A stretch of 64,000 nt of DNA from Mycobacteriales bacterium (GTDB lineage: Bacteria; Actinomycetota; Actinomycetes; JAFAQI01), in NCBI GenBank assembly GCA_035776655.1, contig DASTWK010000067.1:28768-92767 (forward strand), read 5' to 3'. The position numbers and the translations under genes were made by a program. Under the pieces are notes generated by a model. That model did not search any database, was not told the origin of the DNA, and saw only the letters and a program-made list of their open reading frames with translations. Within the stretch, counting starts at the first letter, position 1. The number at the start of each line of letters is the position of its first letter. Below, piece after piece: positions 47,939 through 57,875 of the stretch.

Positions 47939-48484
47939 ATGAAGGACGCGCTCGACGTCCACCGTGCGCTGCTGGCGCGCGAGGTGCCCCACGAGGTGGT
48001 GCGGCTGCCCCGCCTGGTCCTCTCCGCCGACGAGGTGCCCCAGGTGCTGGAGCTGCCGCGGGAGCGATGCGTCGTGGTCCGGGTCTACCAGGCCGATGAC
48101 CAGCTGGTCGGGGTGATCGTGCGGGCCGGGGAGCTGCCCCACCCCGCTGCCGTGCTGCAGGCGTTGGGCGCCCGCACGCTGCGGGTCGCGGCGCCTGACG
48201 AGGTCAGCGCGGCCACCGACTTCGCCGCCTCGCTGGTGTCGCCGGTCCTGCTGCCGCCGTCCATGCCGGTCCTGGCCGACGCGTGCGTCGGCCACGTCGA
48301 CGTGGTCTACGCGGCGACCGGAGACGGGGGTACGGCGCTGGGCATCTCCACCCGTTGGCTGCTCACCGCCAGCGGAGCACTCGCCACCGAGCTGTGCGCC
48401 CCGGACGGGTTGTCGCTGGAACTGACCGACGACCTGGCGCCGGAGCTGACTCCGCTCCTGGCGCACCGCCGCGACTGGCGCTGA
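47939..48484 (+). CDS. YbaK/EbsC-like (aminoacyl-tRNA editing-domain fold) protein, a tentative assignment
   Basis: A GGAGG ribosome-binding site precedes the ATG, and GC3 is high. Its size of about 180 aa, its sequence and its hydrophobic periodicity are compatible with the YbaK/ProX deacylase fold. It is divergent from cca. Confidence 0.5.
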   Translation: MKDALDVHRALLAREVPHEVVRLPRLVLSADEVPQVLELPRERCVVVRVYQADDQLVGVIVRAGELPHPAAVLQALGARTLRVAAPDEVSAATDFAASLVSPVLLPPSMPVLADACVGHVDVVYAATGDGGTALGISTRWLLTASGALATELCAPDGLSLELTDDLAPELTPLLAHRRDWR

Positions 48485-48536
48485 GCCCGCCCGCGAGCCG
48501 CCCGGACAGCCGCCGGCCCGACATTACGATCGGGTC

Positions 48537-49076
48537 ATGGCCAGTCCTCCGCCTTCGTCGTCCCCCGGCGACAGCGGCGGCACCGGCCGGCGGCGGACGT
48601 CAACGTCTCGCCGCGGCAGCGCTCCGGCCCGCCGCCGGCTGCAACGGGTGGAGGAGACCTCGGCCGGTGGGCTGGTCGTCGACCGGCGAGACGGGGAGAC
48701 ACCGCACGCGGCGCTGATCGGCCGGACGGACCGCCGCGGCCGCCTGCTGTGGTCGCTGCCGAAAGGACACGTCGAGGTCGGCGAGACCAACGAAGCAGCA
48801 GCCGTGCGGGAAGTCGCCGAGGAGACCGGCATCACCGGCCGCGTCCTCGCCCCCCTGGGCACGATCGACTTCTGGTTCGTTGCCGACGGACGGCGGATCC
48901 ACAAGACCGTGCACCATTTCCTCCTGCTGGCACTAGGTGGTGAGCTGTCCGCCGACGACATCGAGGTCGAGCAGGTGGAGTGGGTCCCCCTCGCCGAGCT
49001 GGCCGACCGGCTGGCCTATGCCGACGAGCGGCGGCTGATCCAGCAGGTGCCACGGCTGCTCGCGGAGAGCGCGTGA
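48537..49076 (+). CDS. NUDIX hydrolase (MutT4-like)
   Basis: The Nudix box is [23 protein letters not shown]. Confidence 0.9.
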   Translation: MASPPPSSSPGDSGGTGRRRTSTSRRGSAPARRRLQRVEETSAGGLVVDRRDGETPHAALIGRTDRRGRLLWSLPKGHVEVGETNEAAAVREVAEETGITGRVLAPLGTIDFWFVADGRRIHKTVHHFLLLALGGELSADDIEVEQVEWVPLAELADRLAYADERRLIQQVPRLLAESA

Positions 49077-49098
49077 GCCCTCGCGGCGAGGCGGCCGG

Positions 49099-51348
49099 AT
49101 GAGTCGAGCGCACGGCCGGCGTCCTGGTGCCGGCGTGCGTCTGCGCCGGGGCGTCGCCGCCCTCGCCTGTGCCTGCGGATCGATCCTCGCCGCGAGCCTG
49201 CCGGCCACCGCCAGCCCGACTCCGGTGCCGAACCCGTCGGTGTCGGCCGAACCGGTGCTGCCGGTCGCGGTCACCCTCACCCGGTTGCGGCCGTTCGCGC
49301 CGCAACCCGGGCAGACGCTCGAGCTCGACGGCAGCCTGCGCAACGTCTCCGCGGCGCCGGTCGACGACCTGCAGCTGCACCTCGTGCTCTCCCGCAGCAA
49401 GGTGGGGTCCCGCGGGGAGTTCGACGGCTACGCCGCAACGCCGGACGGACCGCCGCCGGCGGATGCCGTGGCGCTGCCGACCGCGACGGCGACGGTGCCG
49501 CGGCCGTCACTGCCACCCGCGGGCAGCGAGCCGTTCCACCTCGCGGTGAAGGTGGACGACCTGCACCTGCCGCAGGCATGGCAGGTCTACGAGTTCGCGA
49601 TCACCGTGACCGGCACCGCACCGGCGGGCTTGGGCACGCTCGGCCGGTTGCGGTCGTTCCTGCCCTGGGCTCCCGTCGGCGTGCCGGGCGTCGGCAAGCC
49701 CACGCAGCTGGCGTGGGTGTGGCCGCTGGTGGACCGGCCGCACCGCAACGGCGGCGGCTGGACCGACGACGGGCTCGCCTCGGCGTTCGCCACCGGCGGC
49801 CGGCTGGACAACCTGCTCCGGGCGGCGCAGGCGGCACAGTCCCAGCAACCGCCTCCCGTGCCGAAGCCCAAGCACCGGCGCGGTCACCGGCGACCGGCAC
49901 CACCCCCGCCTCCCCGCCCGACGATCAGCCCCGTTCCGGTGACCTGGGCGATCGACCCGATGCTCGTCGAGGACGCCGCGCTGATGGAGCGCGGCTATCG
50001 CGTCGGCGCCGGAGCCGCCGCCCGCCCCGGCCACGGGCAGACCGCCGCCCGGGCCTGGCTGGCCGGCCTCAAGACGGCGACATCGGGCGCCGAGGTCCTC
50101 GCGCTGCCCTACGCCGACCCGGACGTCACGGCCGCCGTCAAGTCCGGGCTCACCACCGAGGTGCAGGTCGCGGCGACGACCGGGCAGAAGCTGCTGGGGC
50201 AGGCGCTCCGGGCGACGCCGCTGCCCTATTCCTGGCCACCGGACGGGTTCATCGACCAGCGCGCGCTCGACGCGATGTTCGCGACCGGGATCACGACCGT
50301 GGTGCTCGACTCCGCCGCGGTGCCCTACCTCAACGGTGAGCCCAGCGAGACGCCGGGGGCGCACACGACGATCCACGCCCGCGACGGCAACCCTGACGCG
50401 CTGCTCGCCGACCACGTGCTGACCGCGACGGTCGACGCCGGTGCGTTCGATCGAGCCCAGGGACCGCTGGACATCCAGCGGGTGCTCAGCGAGCTGCTGA
50501 TGATCCAGGCGGAGCAACCGTTCGACCAGCGGTCGTTCGTGATCGCGCCCGGCCGGCGCTGGAACCCCGCACCGGCCTACGCCGCCACGTTGCTGGCCGC
50601 CTCGGGCCAGGTGCCCTGGATCCAACCGGTCCCGCTGTCGACAGTTGCGGCCACGCCGGCAGACACCCGCGTCGAGCGTGGGCAGCTGACCTATCCCGCC
50701 TCCGAACGGCAGCGGCAGCTCTCCCGCAACTACCTCGACAGCGTGCGTGCGCTGAAGCACAAGGTGGACGCGCTCGCCGCGATCCTGCCGCCGGACGACG
50801 GGCAGGCCAACGCCTACCACTCCGCCGTACTCCGGTTGCTGTCCTCGGCCTGGCGCAACGATCCGGCAACCGCCCGCGGTCGCCGCGCGAGCCTGCTGAC
50901 CGAGGTGACCCACACGATGAGCCAGGTCTACATCGCCTCCCACGAAGGCAGCCTGGTGACCCTCACCAGCCACAGCGGCACCGTTCCGGTCACGGTCGCC
51001 AACGACCTCGACACACCCGTGCGGGTGGAGGTGCGGATCGACCGCACTCCACACCTGCAGGTGCGTGGGGGCGGCGTGACACAGACGATCCCGCCGCACC
51101 GGCGCGTGCCGGTCGACGTGCGGGCGGCGGCCCAGACCTCGGGCGTGTTCCCGTTGACCGTGCGGCTCTACACGCCGGGACCCGAGGGGGAGCGGTACGG
51201 CGACAGCGTGCAGCTGTTCGTCAAGTCGACCGCCTACGGCACGACCGCGCTGCTGATCACGGGCGGTGCCACCGCCGTACTCCTCCTTGCGGTCGCCCTG
51301 CGCCTAGGCCGCCGCGCCGTCTCCGCTCGCCGCCACCCAGCCGCTTGA
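49099..51348 (+). CDS. DUF6049-family secreted protein with a C-terminal transmembrane anchor (Rv3909-like)
   Basis: A signal peptide, an about 700-aa ectodomain and a C-terminal helix (TTALLITGGATAVLLLAVAL) are present. It sits immediately upstream of murJ, as in mycobacteria. Confidence 0.85.
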   Translation: MSRAHGRRPGAGVRLRRGVAALACACGSILAASLPATASPTPVPNPSVSAEPVLPVAVTLTRLRPFAPQPGQTLELDGSLRNVSAAPVDDLQLHLVLSRSKVGSRGEFDGYAATPDGPPPADAVALPTATATVPRPSLPPAGSEPFHLAVKVDDLHLPQAWQVYEFAITVTGTAPAGLGTLGRLRSFLPWAPVGVPGVGKPTQLAWVWPLVDRPHRNGGGWTDDGLASAFATGGRLDNLLRAAQAAQSQQPPPVPKPKHRRGHRRPAPPPPPRPTISPVPVTWAIDPMLVEDAALMERGYRVGAGAAARPGHGQTAARAWLAGLKTATSGAEVLALPYADPDVTAAVKSGLTTEVQVAATTGQKLLGQALRATPLPYSWPPDGFIDQRALDAMFATGITTVVLDSAAVPYLNGEPSETPGAHTTIHARDGNPDALLADHVLTATVDAGAFDRAQGPLDIQRVLSELLMIQAEQPFDQRSFVIAPGRRWNPAPAYAATLLAASGQVPWIQPVPLSTVAATPADTRVERGQLTYPASERQRQLSRNYLDSVRALKHKVDALAAILPPDDGQANAYHSAVLRLLSSAWRNDPATARGRRASLLTEVTHTMSQVYIASHEGSLVTLTSHSGTVPVTVANDLDTPVRVEVRIDRTPHLQVRGGGVTQTIPPHRRVPVDVRAAAQTSGVFPLTVRLYTPGPEGERYGDSVQLFVKSTAYGTTALLITGGATAVLLLAVALRLGRRAVSARRHPAA

Positions 51349-51358
51349 GCTCCCGCCG

Positions 51359-53035
51359 ATGACGACCGGACAGCAGGCGGGAGACCCGCAGGCCGAAGCG
51401 GCCGACACCGCTACGGCAGCCGGCTCCGCGAGCCCGGGTCTGGCCCGTTCCGGCGTCGCCATGGCGATCGGCACCCTCGCGTCCCGCGGCAGCGGATTCC
51501 TGCGGACGGTGGTCATCGCCGTGGCCCTGGGCGAGACGCTCGGCGACCCCTACAACATCGCCAACACGATCCCGAACATCCTCTACGACCTGCTGCTCGG
51601 CGGAGTGTTGTCCAGCGTCGTGGTGCCGCTCCTGGTCGCGGCCGCGGCCCGCGACGAGGACGGCGGCGAGGCCTACGCGCAGCGGTTCGTGACGATGGTC
51701 GTGGCGACGCTGACGGTCGCGGCGGTGGTGGGCGTGCTGCTGGCCCCCCAGCTGGTGCACCTCTACAGCCACAGCCTGCCCGGCCCGGACGACCGGCTGG
51801 CCACCACCTTCGCCCGCTACTTCCTGCCGCAGGTGCTGTTCTACGGCGTGGGCGCGGTGTTCGGAGCCATCCTCAACACGCGCGGCAGCTTCGCCCCGCC
51901 GATGTGGGTGCCGGTCCTCAACAACCTCGTCGTGATCGCCTCCGGCGTGTTGTTCCTCGTCCTCACCCACCACAACGCCAGCGCCGCCGACCTGTCGACC
52001 GGCGACACGCTGGTGCTCGCGGTGGGGACGACCGCCGGTGTGATCGTGCAGACGGTCGCGCTGTTGCCGGCGCTGCGTCGGGTGGGGTTCCGGCTGCGGT
52101 TGCGCTTCGACTGGCGCGGCGCCGGGCTGCGCTCCGCCGGCGGGTTCGCCGGCTGGATGATCGGCTATGTCGTCACCAACCAGCTCGGCTACATCGTGAT
52201 CGTCAACCTCGCGTCGGCGAGTGCGCAGGGACGGGGCCAGCCCGGGTTCGGCTTCTCCCCCTACAGCTACGCGTTCATCCTGTTCTCCCTGCCCTACGCC
52301 GTGATCTCGGTGTCGGTGATCACGGCGCTGTTCCCGCAGATGAGCCGCAGCGCCGTTGCCGGCGACCGCCGCTCGGTCGCCGACACGATGGCCCACGGTC
52401 TCAACTTGTCCGCGGTGCTGCTGGTCCCGGCCACGGCCGTGCTCGTGGCGCTCGGGCCCCTGCTGGCGACGGTCGTGTTCGCGCACGGCCGCATCCCGGT
52501 GGCCGGCGCTCGGCTCATCGGCTGGACACTGGCCGGGTTCGGCATCGGGCTGGTCCCGTTCTCCGCCTTCCAGGTGCAGCTGCGCGCCTTTCTCGCGCTG
52601 CGCGACTCGCGCACGCCGTTCGTGGTCAATGTGGTCATCACCGCGCTCAACGTCGGCGCGGACGTGGCGCTCTACGAGGTGCTGCCGGCGCGGGCGAAGG
52701 TGGCCGGCCTCGCGGTGGGGTTCTCGATCTCGTACGCCGTGGGAACGCTGGTGTTCGCGCGGCTGCTCCGGCACCGGCTGGGCCGGGCCGACCGCCGGGT
52801 GACCCAGACGCACACGCGGCTGGCCGCGGCGACGCTGGTCGCCGTCGTCCCCACCTACGTCATCGCCCGCCTGCTGACCGCCGGTCTCGGGCTGGGGGTG
52901 GAAGCGGCGCTGGTCGCGGTGGTGGTCGGCACCAGCGCCGGAGCGGGTGTCTTCCTGGGCCTGGCCCGGCGCATGCGCGTGCCGGAGCTCGAGGAGATGG
53001 CCTTGGTCGTCCGCCGCCGGCTCCGTCTGGGGTAA
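51359..53035 (+). CDS. murJ: Lipid II flippase MurJ (MviN) as a transporter-only gene, with no fused pseudokinase
   Basis: Fourteen transmembrane helices of the MOP-superfamily MurJ are present (...YNIANTIPNILYDLLLGGVLSSVVVP...). Length is 558 aa. Confidence 0.95.
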   Translation: MTTGQQAGDPQAEAADTATAAGSASPGLARSGVAMAIGTLASRGSGFLRTVVIAVALGETLGDPYNIANTIPNILYDLLLGGVLSSVVVPLLVAAAARDEDGGEAYAQRFVTMVVATLTVAAVVGVLLAPQLVHLYSHSLPGPDDRLATTFARYFLPQVLFYGVGAVFGAILNTRGSFAPPMWVPVLNNLVVIASGVLFLVLTHHNASAADLSTGDTLVLAVGTTAGVIVQTVALLPALRRVGFRLRLRFDWRGAGLRSAGGFAGWMIGYVVTNQLGYIVIVNLASASAQGRGQPGFGFSPYSYAFILFSLPYAVISVSVITALFPQMSRSAVAGDRRSVADTMAHGLNLSAVLLVPATAVLVALGPLLATVVFAHGRIPVAGARLIGWTLAGFGIGLVPFSAFQVQLRAFLALRDSRTPFVVNVVITALNVGADVALYEVLPARAKVAGLAVGFSISYAVGTLVFARLLRHRLGRADRRVTQTHTRLAAATLVAVVPTYVIARLLTAGLGLGVEAALVAVVVGTSAGAGVFLGLARRMRVPELEEMALVVRRRLRLG

Positions 53036-53077
53036 AGCGGCTGCTCCTTCCGGCCGACAACGAAGGCAGGAGGGATC

Positions 53078-53500
53078 ATGACATCGGCCCGCCGCGGTTG
53101 CGGCACCACTGACTTTCGTCACGACACCGGCAGCATCGTCGTCGGGTGGTTGACGAAGCTCGTCGTCGCGCTCGCCGTGGTGGGCGTGATGGCCTTCGAC
53201 GCGCTGTCCGTCGGGGCGGCGCACGTCAGCGCGAGTGACGACGCCAACCAGGCAGCGTCGGCCGCGCAGAGCGACTGGATGAACTCCCACAACGTGCAGT
53301 CCGCCTACAACGCGGCCGCGGAGAGCCTCACCAACAGCTCCGAGGAAGTGCTGACCCGCGGCTTCAGCATCGAGCCCAACGGCACCGTCCACCTGCTGCT
53401 GCAGCGAACAGCCACCACCCTCGTCCTGCACCGGATCGGCCCGCTGCGGAAGTACACGGTCTTCACCACGGCGGGCGAGGCCACTCCGCCCGCGTCGTGA
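53078..53500 (+). CDS. Hypothetical single-pass membrane protein (Rv1476-like position upstream of a RipA-type hydrolase)
   Basis: There is a strong AGGAGGG ribosome-binding site. The transmembrane helix is LTKLVVALAVVGVMAF. Its stop overlaps the next gene's GTG start (GTGA). Confidence 0.6.
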   Translation: MTSARRGCGTTDFRHDTGSIVVGWLTKLVVALAVVGVMAFDALSVGAAHVSASDDANQAASAAQSDWMNSHNVQSAYNAAAESLTNSSEEVLTRGFSIEPNGTVHLLLQRTATTLVLHRIGPLRKYTVFTTAGEATPPAS

Positions 53501-54585
53501 CGTCTCCCCGGCTCCGGCTCGCCGCCCTCGCCGCCGCGGTCGCGGCGACCGCCACGGCGGCCGTCGGCGTCGGTCCGGGACGCGCGGTCGCCGACCCGGT
53601 CGGCGATGCGCGGGCCCGGGCCGCCGCGCTGGCGCAGACCGTGGACCGGCTGCAGGTCGCTGCCGAGGTCGCGACCGAGCGCTACGACGCGGTGGAGGCG
53701 CAGCTCGGCCAAGCGGTCATCCGCCAGGAGCTGGCCGAACGCCAGGTCGAGTCCGACCAAGAGAGCGCGACGGCTGCGGCCGACCAGGTGACCGCACGAG
53801 TGCGGGCGCTGTACGAGTCCGGTGGTCGCGCCTCGCTGCTCGCCACCGTCCTGACCGGCACCGACCCGGCCGACGCGCTGGCCCGGCTGCACGTCGTGAG
53901 CAACATCCTGTCCTTCGACGACGCCGGCGTCGCCGCCGCCGTTCGGACCACCGACCGCGCCCGGCAGCTGGCCGCGCAGCTGACCGCTGCCGCCAGCGAG
54001 GTCACCCGCCTGCAGCACGCGGCGGCGGTCGCTACCGGTCGGGTGCGTTCCCTGCTGCTGGCCCAGCAGCGCGCCCTGTCGGCGGCGACCGCAGAGGTCC
54101 GCCGGTTGCTCGCCGCCCGCCAGGCCGCGCTGGCCGCTGCCAGCGCCGCGGACTTCACCGCCGCCCTACGCGCCGCCGGCGGCACCCTCGACGGCAGCAC
54201 CGTTCCGCCCAACGCGACGGCCGCCGGCGCCATCGCCGCCGCGCGCAGCCGACTCGGTGACCCCTACGTCTGGGGTGCCACCGGGCCGCACAGCTTCGAC
54301 TGCAGCGGCCTGACCCAGTGGTCCTACGCCCATGTCGGGGTCCAGCTGCCCCGGGTGGCGGCGGACCAGTGGAACGCCGGTCCGCACGTCGCGCTCGCCG
54401 ACCTCGAACCGGGCGACCTGCTGTTCTGGGCCACCGACGTCACGAACCCAGCGACCATTCACCATGTCGCGATCTACCTGGGCAACGGCATGATGATCGC
54501 CGCGCCGCACACCGGCGACGTGGTCAAGGTGCAGCCGGTCTACATGTCTGGCTACATCGGCGCGACCCGCCCCTACGTGCACTGA
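53497..54585 (+). CDS. NlpC/P60 (C40) peptidoglycan endopeptidase with an N-terminal coiled-coil domain (RipA/RipB-like)
   Basis: A signal peptide and long Ala/Gln/Arg-rich coiled coils are present. The catalytic Cys is in DCSGLTQW and the His in HHVAIYLG. Confidence 0.9.
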   Translation: MTSPRLRLAALAAAVAATATAAVGVGPGRAVADPVGDARARAAALAQTVDRLQVAAEVATERYDAVEAQLGQAVIRQELAERQVESDQESATAAADQVTARVRALYESGGRASLLATVLTGTDPADALARLHVVSNILSFDDAGVAAAVRTTDRARQLAAQLTAAASEVTRLQHAAAVATGRVRSLLLAQQRALSAATAEVRRLLAARQAALAAASAADFTAALRAAGGTLDGSTVPPNATAAGAIAAARSRLGDPYVWGATGPHSFDCSGLTQWSYAHVGVQLPRVAADQWNAGPHVALADLEPGDLLFWATDVTNPATIHHVAIYLGNGMMIAAPHTGDVVKVQPVYMSGYIGATRPYVH

Positions 54586-54651
54586 CCGGCGCGGCCGGTC
54601 CGCCGCTCACATCAGCCGGGCGCGCAGCCTCGGCCGCGCTAGCGTGAGCTC

Positions 54652-56154
54652 GTGGTGAAGCGGGCCGAGGATGCGGCCGCTCCCCCCGCCGCCCGCGGGC
54701 TGGTGCTCGACGGTCGGTATCGGCTCGACCAGGTGCGCACCGAGCACCCGCTGGGTCCGTCGGTGCACGGAGTGCTCTGGCGGGCGGTCGACCAGTCCCT
54801 GGAGCGCAAGGTCGCGATCCTGCTGGGCACCGGCCTGACCGCAGCCGGCCACAACCGGGTGGTGCGGGCGGCGGCGCGCGCGAGCGCCGTCACCGACGGT
54901 CGGTTCGTGCGCATCCTCGACGTCGGCCAGGTCGACCTCGACTCGGGCGTCACGACGTGGATCGCGACGGAGTGGGTCGAGGCGCCGTCGTTGGCCGCGA
55001 CCGTGCGCGGTGAGCCGTTGCCGCCCGATGTGGCGACCGAGGTGGTCCGCCAGTGCGCGGAGGCGCTGGTGGCGGCTGCCGCTGCGGGCTGCCACCACGG
55101 CCGGCTGCACCCCGACCAGGTGCTGTTGCCGGTCAACGGGGTGCCCCGGATCACGGGGCTGGAGGTCGCGTCGGCGCTCGCCACGGCCGGGACGGCGGCC
55201 CGGCGGGCGGGCGGTGCGGGACCAGGAACGCCCGCGCCGCCGTTCGCGCCGGCCGAACAGGATGCCCGCCACCTCGGCGCGTTGTTGTTCGCGGCGCTGA
55301 CCGGCCGGTGGCCGCTGCCCGACTGGCTCGGCTTGCCGTCGGTCGACGGTCGGCTCGCCCGCCAGGCCCGCCCTCGGGTGATCCGCGCCGGCATCGGCCG
55401 TGAGCTCGACACGATCACGCACCAGGCGCTCACCGGCGGCCTGCCGGACGCGCACGCCGTCGTCCGCGCGCTGTCGGTCCTGCCCTCACGGCCGCTGGAC
55501 GCGCCGCCCGAGCCGCCGGCACCCCCCGGCGAGTCCGCTTGGTCGCGCTGGCTGTGGCGGGTGGTCCCCCCGCTCGTCGTGGTGGCGATCGGCCTCACCG
55601 GCTGGGCCGTCGGGAGTGATCTCGGCCGGGTTCCGGGACCGGCCCGACAGCCGCACGCCGCTCTCCCACCGGCCCGCGCCTCCGCTTCCGGTGCGCCGCA
55701 CGCGACCTTGGTCTGGCACCGGCCGCCGGCGATCACCAGCTTCGATCCCGAAGGCGACGGCCAGGAGGACGAGGACGCGGTCGGACTGGCCGTCGATCGG
55801 GACGCGACCACCGCCTGGGAGAGCGCGACCTACCGGGGCAACCCACGGTTCGGGGGCCTCAAGTCCGGCGTGGGGCTGTTGCTCGACCTCCACCGGCCGA
55901 CCACCGTGCGGGTGGCGGAGCTGGCACTGACGGCGGCCGGCTCCGATGTCGAGATCCGCGCCGGTGACGTCCGGCCGCAGCAGGCGGCGGACCTGCCGGT
56001 CGTCGCCAGCCGGGCCGACGCCGGCGATCACGTGCGGCTCGACGTGTCCCCACCCACCCGGGCCCGCTACTGGCTCGTGTGGTTTACCAGCCTGCCGCGC
56101 ACGCCGGCCGGTGACTACCAGATCGGGGTGGCGGAGCTTGCGCTGCTGGGATGA
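54652..56154 (+). CDS. Protein-kinase-like pseudokinase, transmembrane helix and extracellular sugar-binding-like domain, equivalent to the C-terminal half of mycobacterial MviN
   Basis: The kinase fold has lost its catalytic residues (HRD is replaced by HHGRLHPDQ, and there is no DFG). The transmembrane helix is WRVVPPLVVVAIGLTGWAV. A C-terminal beta domain is present (...VWFTSLP...YQIGVAEL). Confidence 0.85.
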   Translation: MVKRAEDAAAPPAARGLVLDGRYRLDQVRTEHPLGPSVHGVLWRAVDQSLERKVAILLGTGLTAAGHNRVVRAAARASAVTDGRFVRILDVGQVDLDSGVTTWIATEWVEAPSLAATVRGEPLPPDVATEVVRQCAEALVAAAAAGCHHGRLHPDQVLLPVNGVPRITGLEVASALATAGTAARRAGGAGPGTPAPPFAPAEQDARHLGALLFAALTGRWPLPDWLGLPSVDGRLARQARPRVIRAGIGRELDTITHQALTGGLPDAHAVVRALSVLPSRPLDAPPEPPAPPGESAWSRWLWRVVPPLVVVAIGLTGWAVGSDLGRVPGPARQPHAALPPARASASGAPHATLVWHRPPAITSFDPEGDGQEDEDAVGLAVDRDATTAWESATYRGNPRFGGLKSGVGLLLDLHRPTTVRVAELALTAAGSDVEIRAGDVRPQQAADLPVVASRADAGDHVRLDVSPPTRARYWLVWFTSLPRTPAGDYQIGVAELALLG

Positions 56155-56226
56155 CGCGCCGCGCGGGCGACCGGGCTCATGCCGCGTGGCGGGCTACGCT
56201 GCGCTGCAGCTGTCCGGAGGGGGCGC

Positions 56227-56928
56227 ATGAGCAGGCCGGTGGACGGGCCGGCGGCGGCGGCCACATCCGAGGTCGACGACCGCGAGCTGTTGCGCCGACA
56301 CGTCTCCGGTGACCGGGACGCGTTCCCCGCGCTGGTCCGCCGCCACCAGGACCGGCTGTGGCGGGTGGCGCTGCGGACGCTGGGCGACCCCGACGATGCC
56401 GCGGACGCCCTGCAGGACGCGCTGCTGTCGGCGTACCGCGCGGCGGCCGGCTACCGCGGGGACGCGGCTGTCACCACCTGGCTGCACCGCATCGTCGTCA
56501 ACGCCTGCCTCGATCTGGCCCGCCGCCGCGCGTCCCGACCCACGCGGCCGCTGGACGAAACCGCCGCGGCACGGCAGCCGGCAGCCGATCGGGTCGAGGC
56601 GTGGGAGACCGCCTCCGACGTGCTCGCGGCGCTGCGCGAGCTCCCGGTCGAACAAGCGGCCGCCATCGTGCTCGTCGACGTGGAGGGCTATCCCGTCGCC
56701 GATGTCGCGACGATGCTCGAGGTGCCCATCGGCACCGTGAAGAGCCGGTGCGCCCGCGGCCGCGCCCGCCTCGCCGCCACATTGGTGCATCTCGACCCCA
56801 GGAACCCAGCCGCGGCGGTGCCCGTCCAACCAGACAGCGCCCCCCGCGCCGACGGTCCTGCCGCCGGCGGCCTCGCTGCCGACCAGACTTCCGACCAACC
56901 CTTGCCCGATGACGAGGAGCGACGGTGA
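56227..56928 (+). CDS. sigM: ECF RNA polymerase sigma factor (SigM-like)
   Basis: Sigma-70 region 2 (DALQDALLSAY...WLHRIVVNACLD) and region 4 (VEGYPVADVATMLEVPIGTVKSRCARGRARL) are present. A GGAGGGGG ribosome-binding site precedes the start. Confidence 0.9.
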   Translation: MSRPVDGPAAAATSEVDDRELLRRHVSGDRDAFPALVRRHQDRLWRVALRTLGDPDDAADALQDALLSAYRAAAGYRGDAAVTTWLHRIVVNACLDLARRRASRPTRPLDETAAARQPAADRVEAWETASDVLAALRELPVEQAAAIVLVDVEGYPVADVATMLEVPIGTVKSRCARGRARLAATLVHLDPRNPAAAVPVQPDSAPRADGPAAGGLAADQTSDQPLPDDEERR

Positions 56929-57875
56929 CCGACGACGCCCGCGGCAGCGCGGACCTCAACGGCCACCTCGACCTGGATGCGCTGGCCGACCTCGACGAGG
57001 GGTTGCTCCCGGAGGCTGCGGCCGAGCTGCACGCCGCCCACCTGGCCACCTGCGCGGAGTGCCAGGCTCGGGCGGCCCGGGTGCAGTCGGCACGGACCGT
57101 GCTGCGGGAGCTGCCGGCCGTGACCATCCCGCCCGCAGTCGAGCAGCGCCTGGCCGCCACGTTGCGCGGGGCCACTCCCACCGTCGTACCGCTCGAGCGG
57201 CCATCCGGCCGGTGGCGCAGACACCCGAGCGCGGCGGCGCTCGGCGCCGTCGCCGCGGCGGCCGCGCTGATCGCCGCGATCGTCGTCGGGACGACGACCC
57301 ACGGATCCGGGAACGGCGAGAGCGCCTCGCGAGCTCCGGGCGCCCGGGGACCGGCCGCGACACTCGCTCAACCGGCTACGTTCCCCGTCCTCACCCGCGG
57401 CGAGCGCTACACCCGCACCAACGCGGCCCGGCTCGCCCAGCAGCTGGTCTCGGCCGCAACCGGCGGCGCCGCCGGGACCGCGGCCCAACCCCAGGCGACT
57501 GCTCCCACGCCGGGCGCCGGAGCACCGCTGCGCGCCGCCGGGAGCAGCAGCGCGCCCAGCGGCAGCTCCTCCGGCGCCGGCGCGGCCACCGTTGCTCCCG
57601 CCGTGCCGGCGGCGCTGCAACCGCTGTTCACGAACCGGGCACTGCTGCTGCAGTGTGTCGCCGCGCTGACCGGCAACCGGACAACTCGGCCGCTGGCGGT
57701 CGATTTCGGGCGCTATAGCGACAAGAAGACAGTAGGGGTGAACAAGCCCGCGCTGGTCATCCTGCTCCCGGGCACCGACCCCAGCAAGGACGAGGCGTGG
57801 ATCGTGGGTCCGGCCTGCGCGACCGCGGACAACAACGACCTGTACCTCTACCAGACGGTGCCGGCGTCGGGCTGA
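56925..57875 (+). CDS. Anti-sigma factor (zf-HC2 / ZAS-type, single transmembrane helix, RsmA-like)
   Basis: Its GTG start overlaps the sigM stop. The H-x3-C-x2-C motif is present (HLATCAECQ), with a transmembrane helix (AALGAVAAAAALIAAIVVG). Confidence 0.8.
   Translation: MTDDARGSADLNGHLDLDALADLDEGLLPEAAAELHAAHLATCAECQARAARVQSARTVLRELPAVTIPPAVEQRLAATLRGATPTVVPLERPSGRWRRHPSAAALGAVAAAAALIAAIVVGTTTHGSGNGESASRAPGARGPAATLAQPATFPVLTRGERYTRTNAARLAQQLVSAATGGAAGTAAQPQATAPTPGAGAPLRAAGSSSAPSGSSSGAGAATVAPAVPAALQPLFTNRALLLQCVAALTGNRTTRPLAVDFGRYSDKKTVGVNKPALVILLPGTDPSKDEAWIVGPACATADNNDLYLYQTVPASG

Noticed and set aside
53036-53077. ydaO/c-di-AMP riboswitch upstream of the NlpC/P60 hydrolase operon, as seen for rpfA and some hydrolases in actinobacteria
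   Set aside because: The murJ to 53078 gap is only 42 bp, with a strong ribosome-binding site. That leaves no room for a riboswitch of about 100 nt or more.
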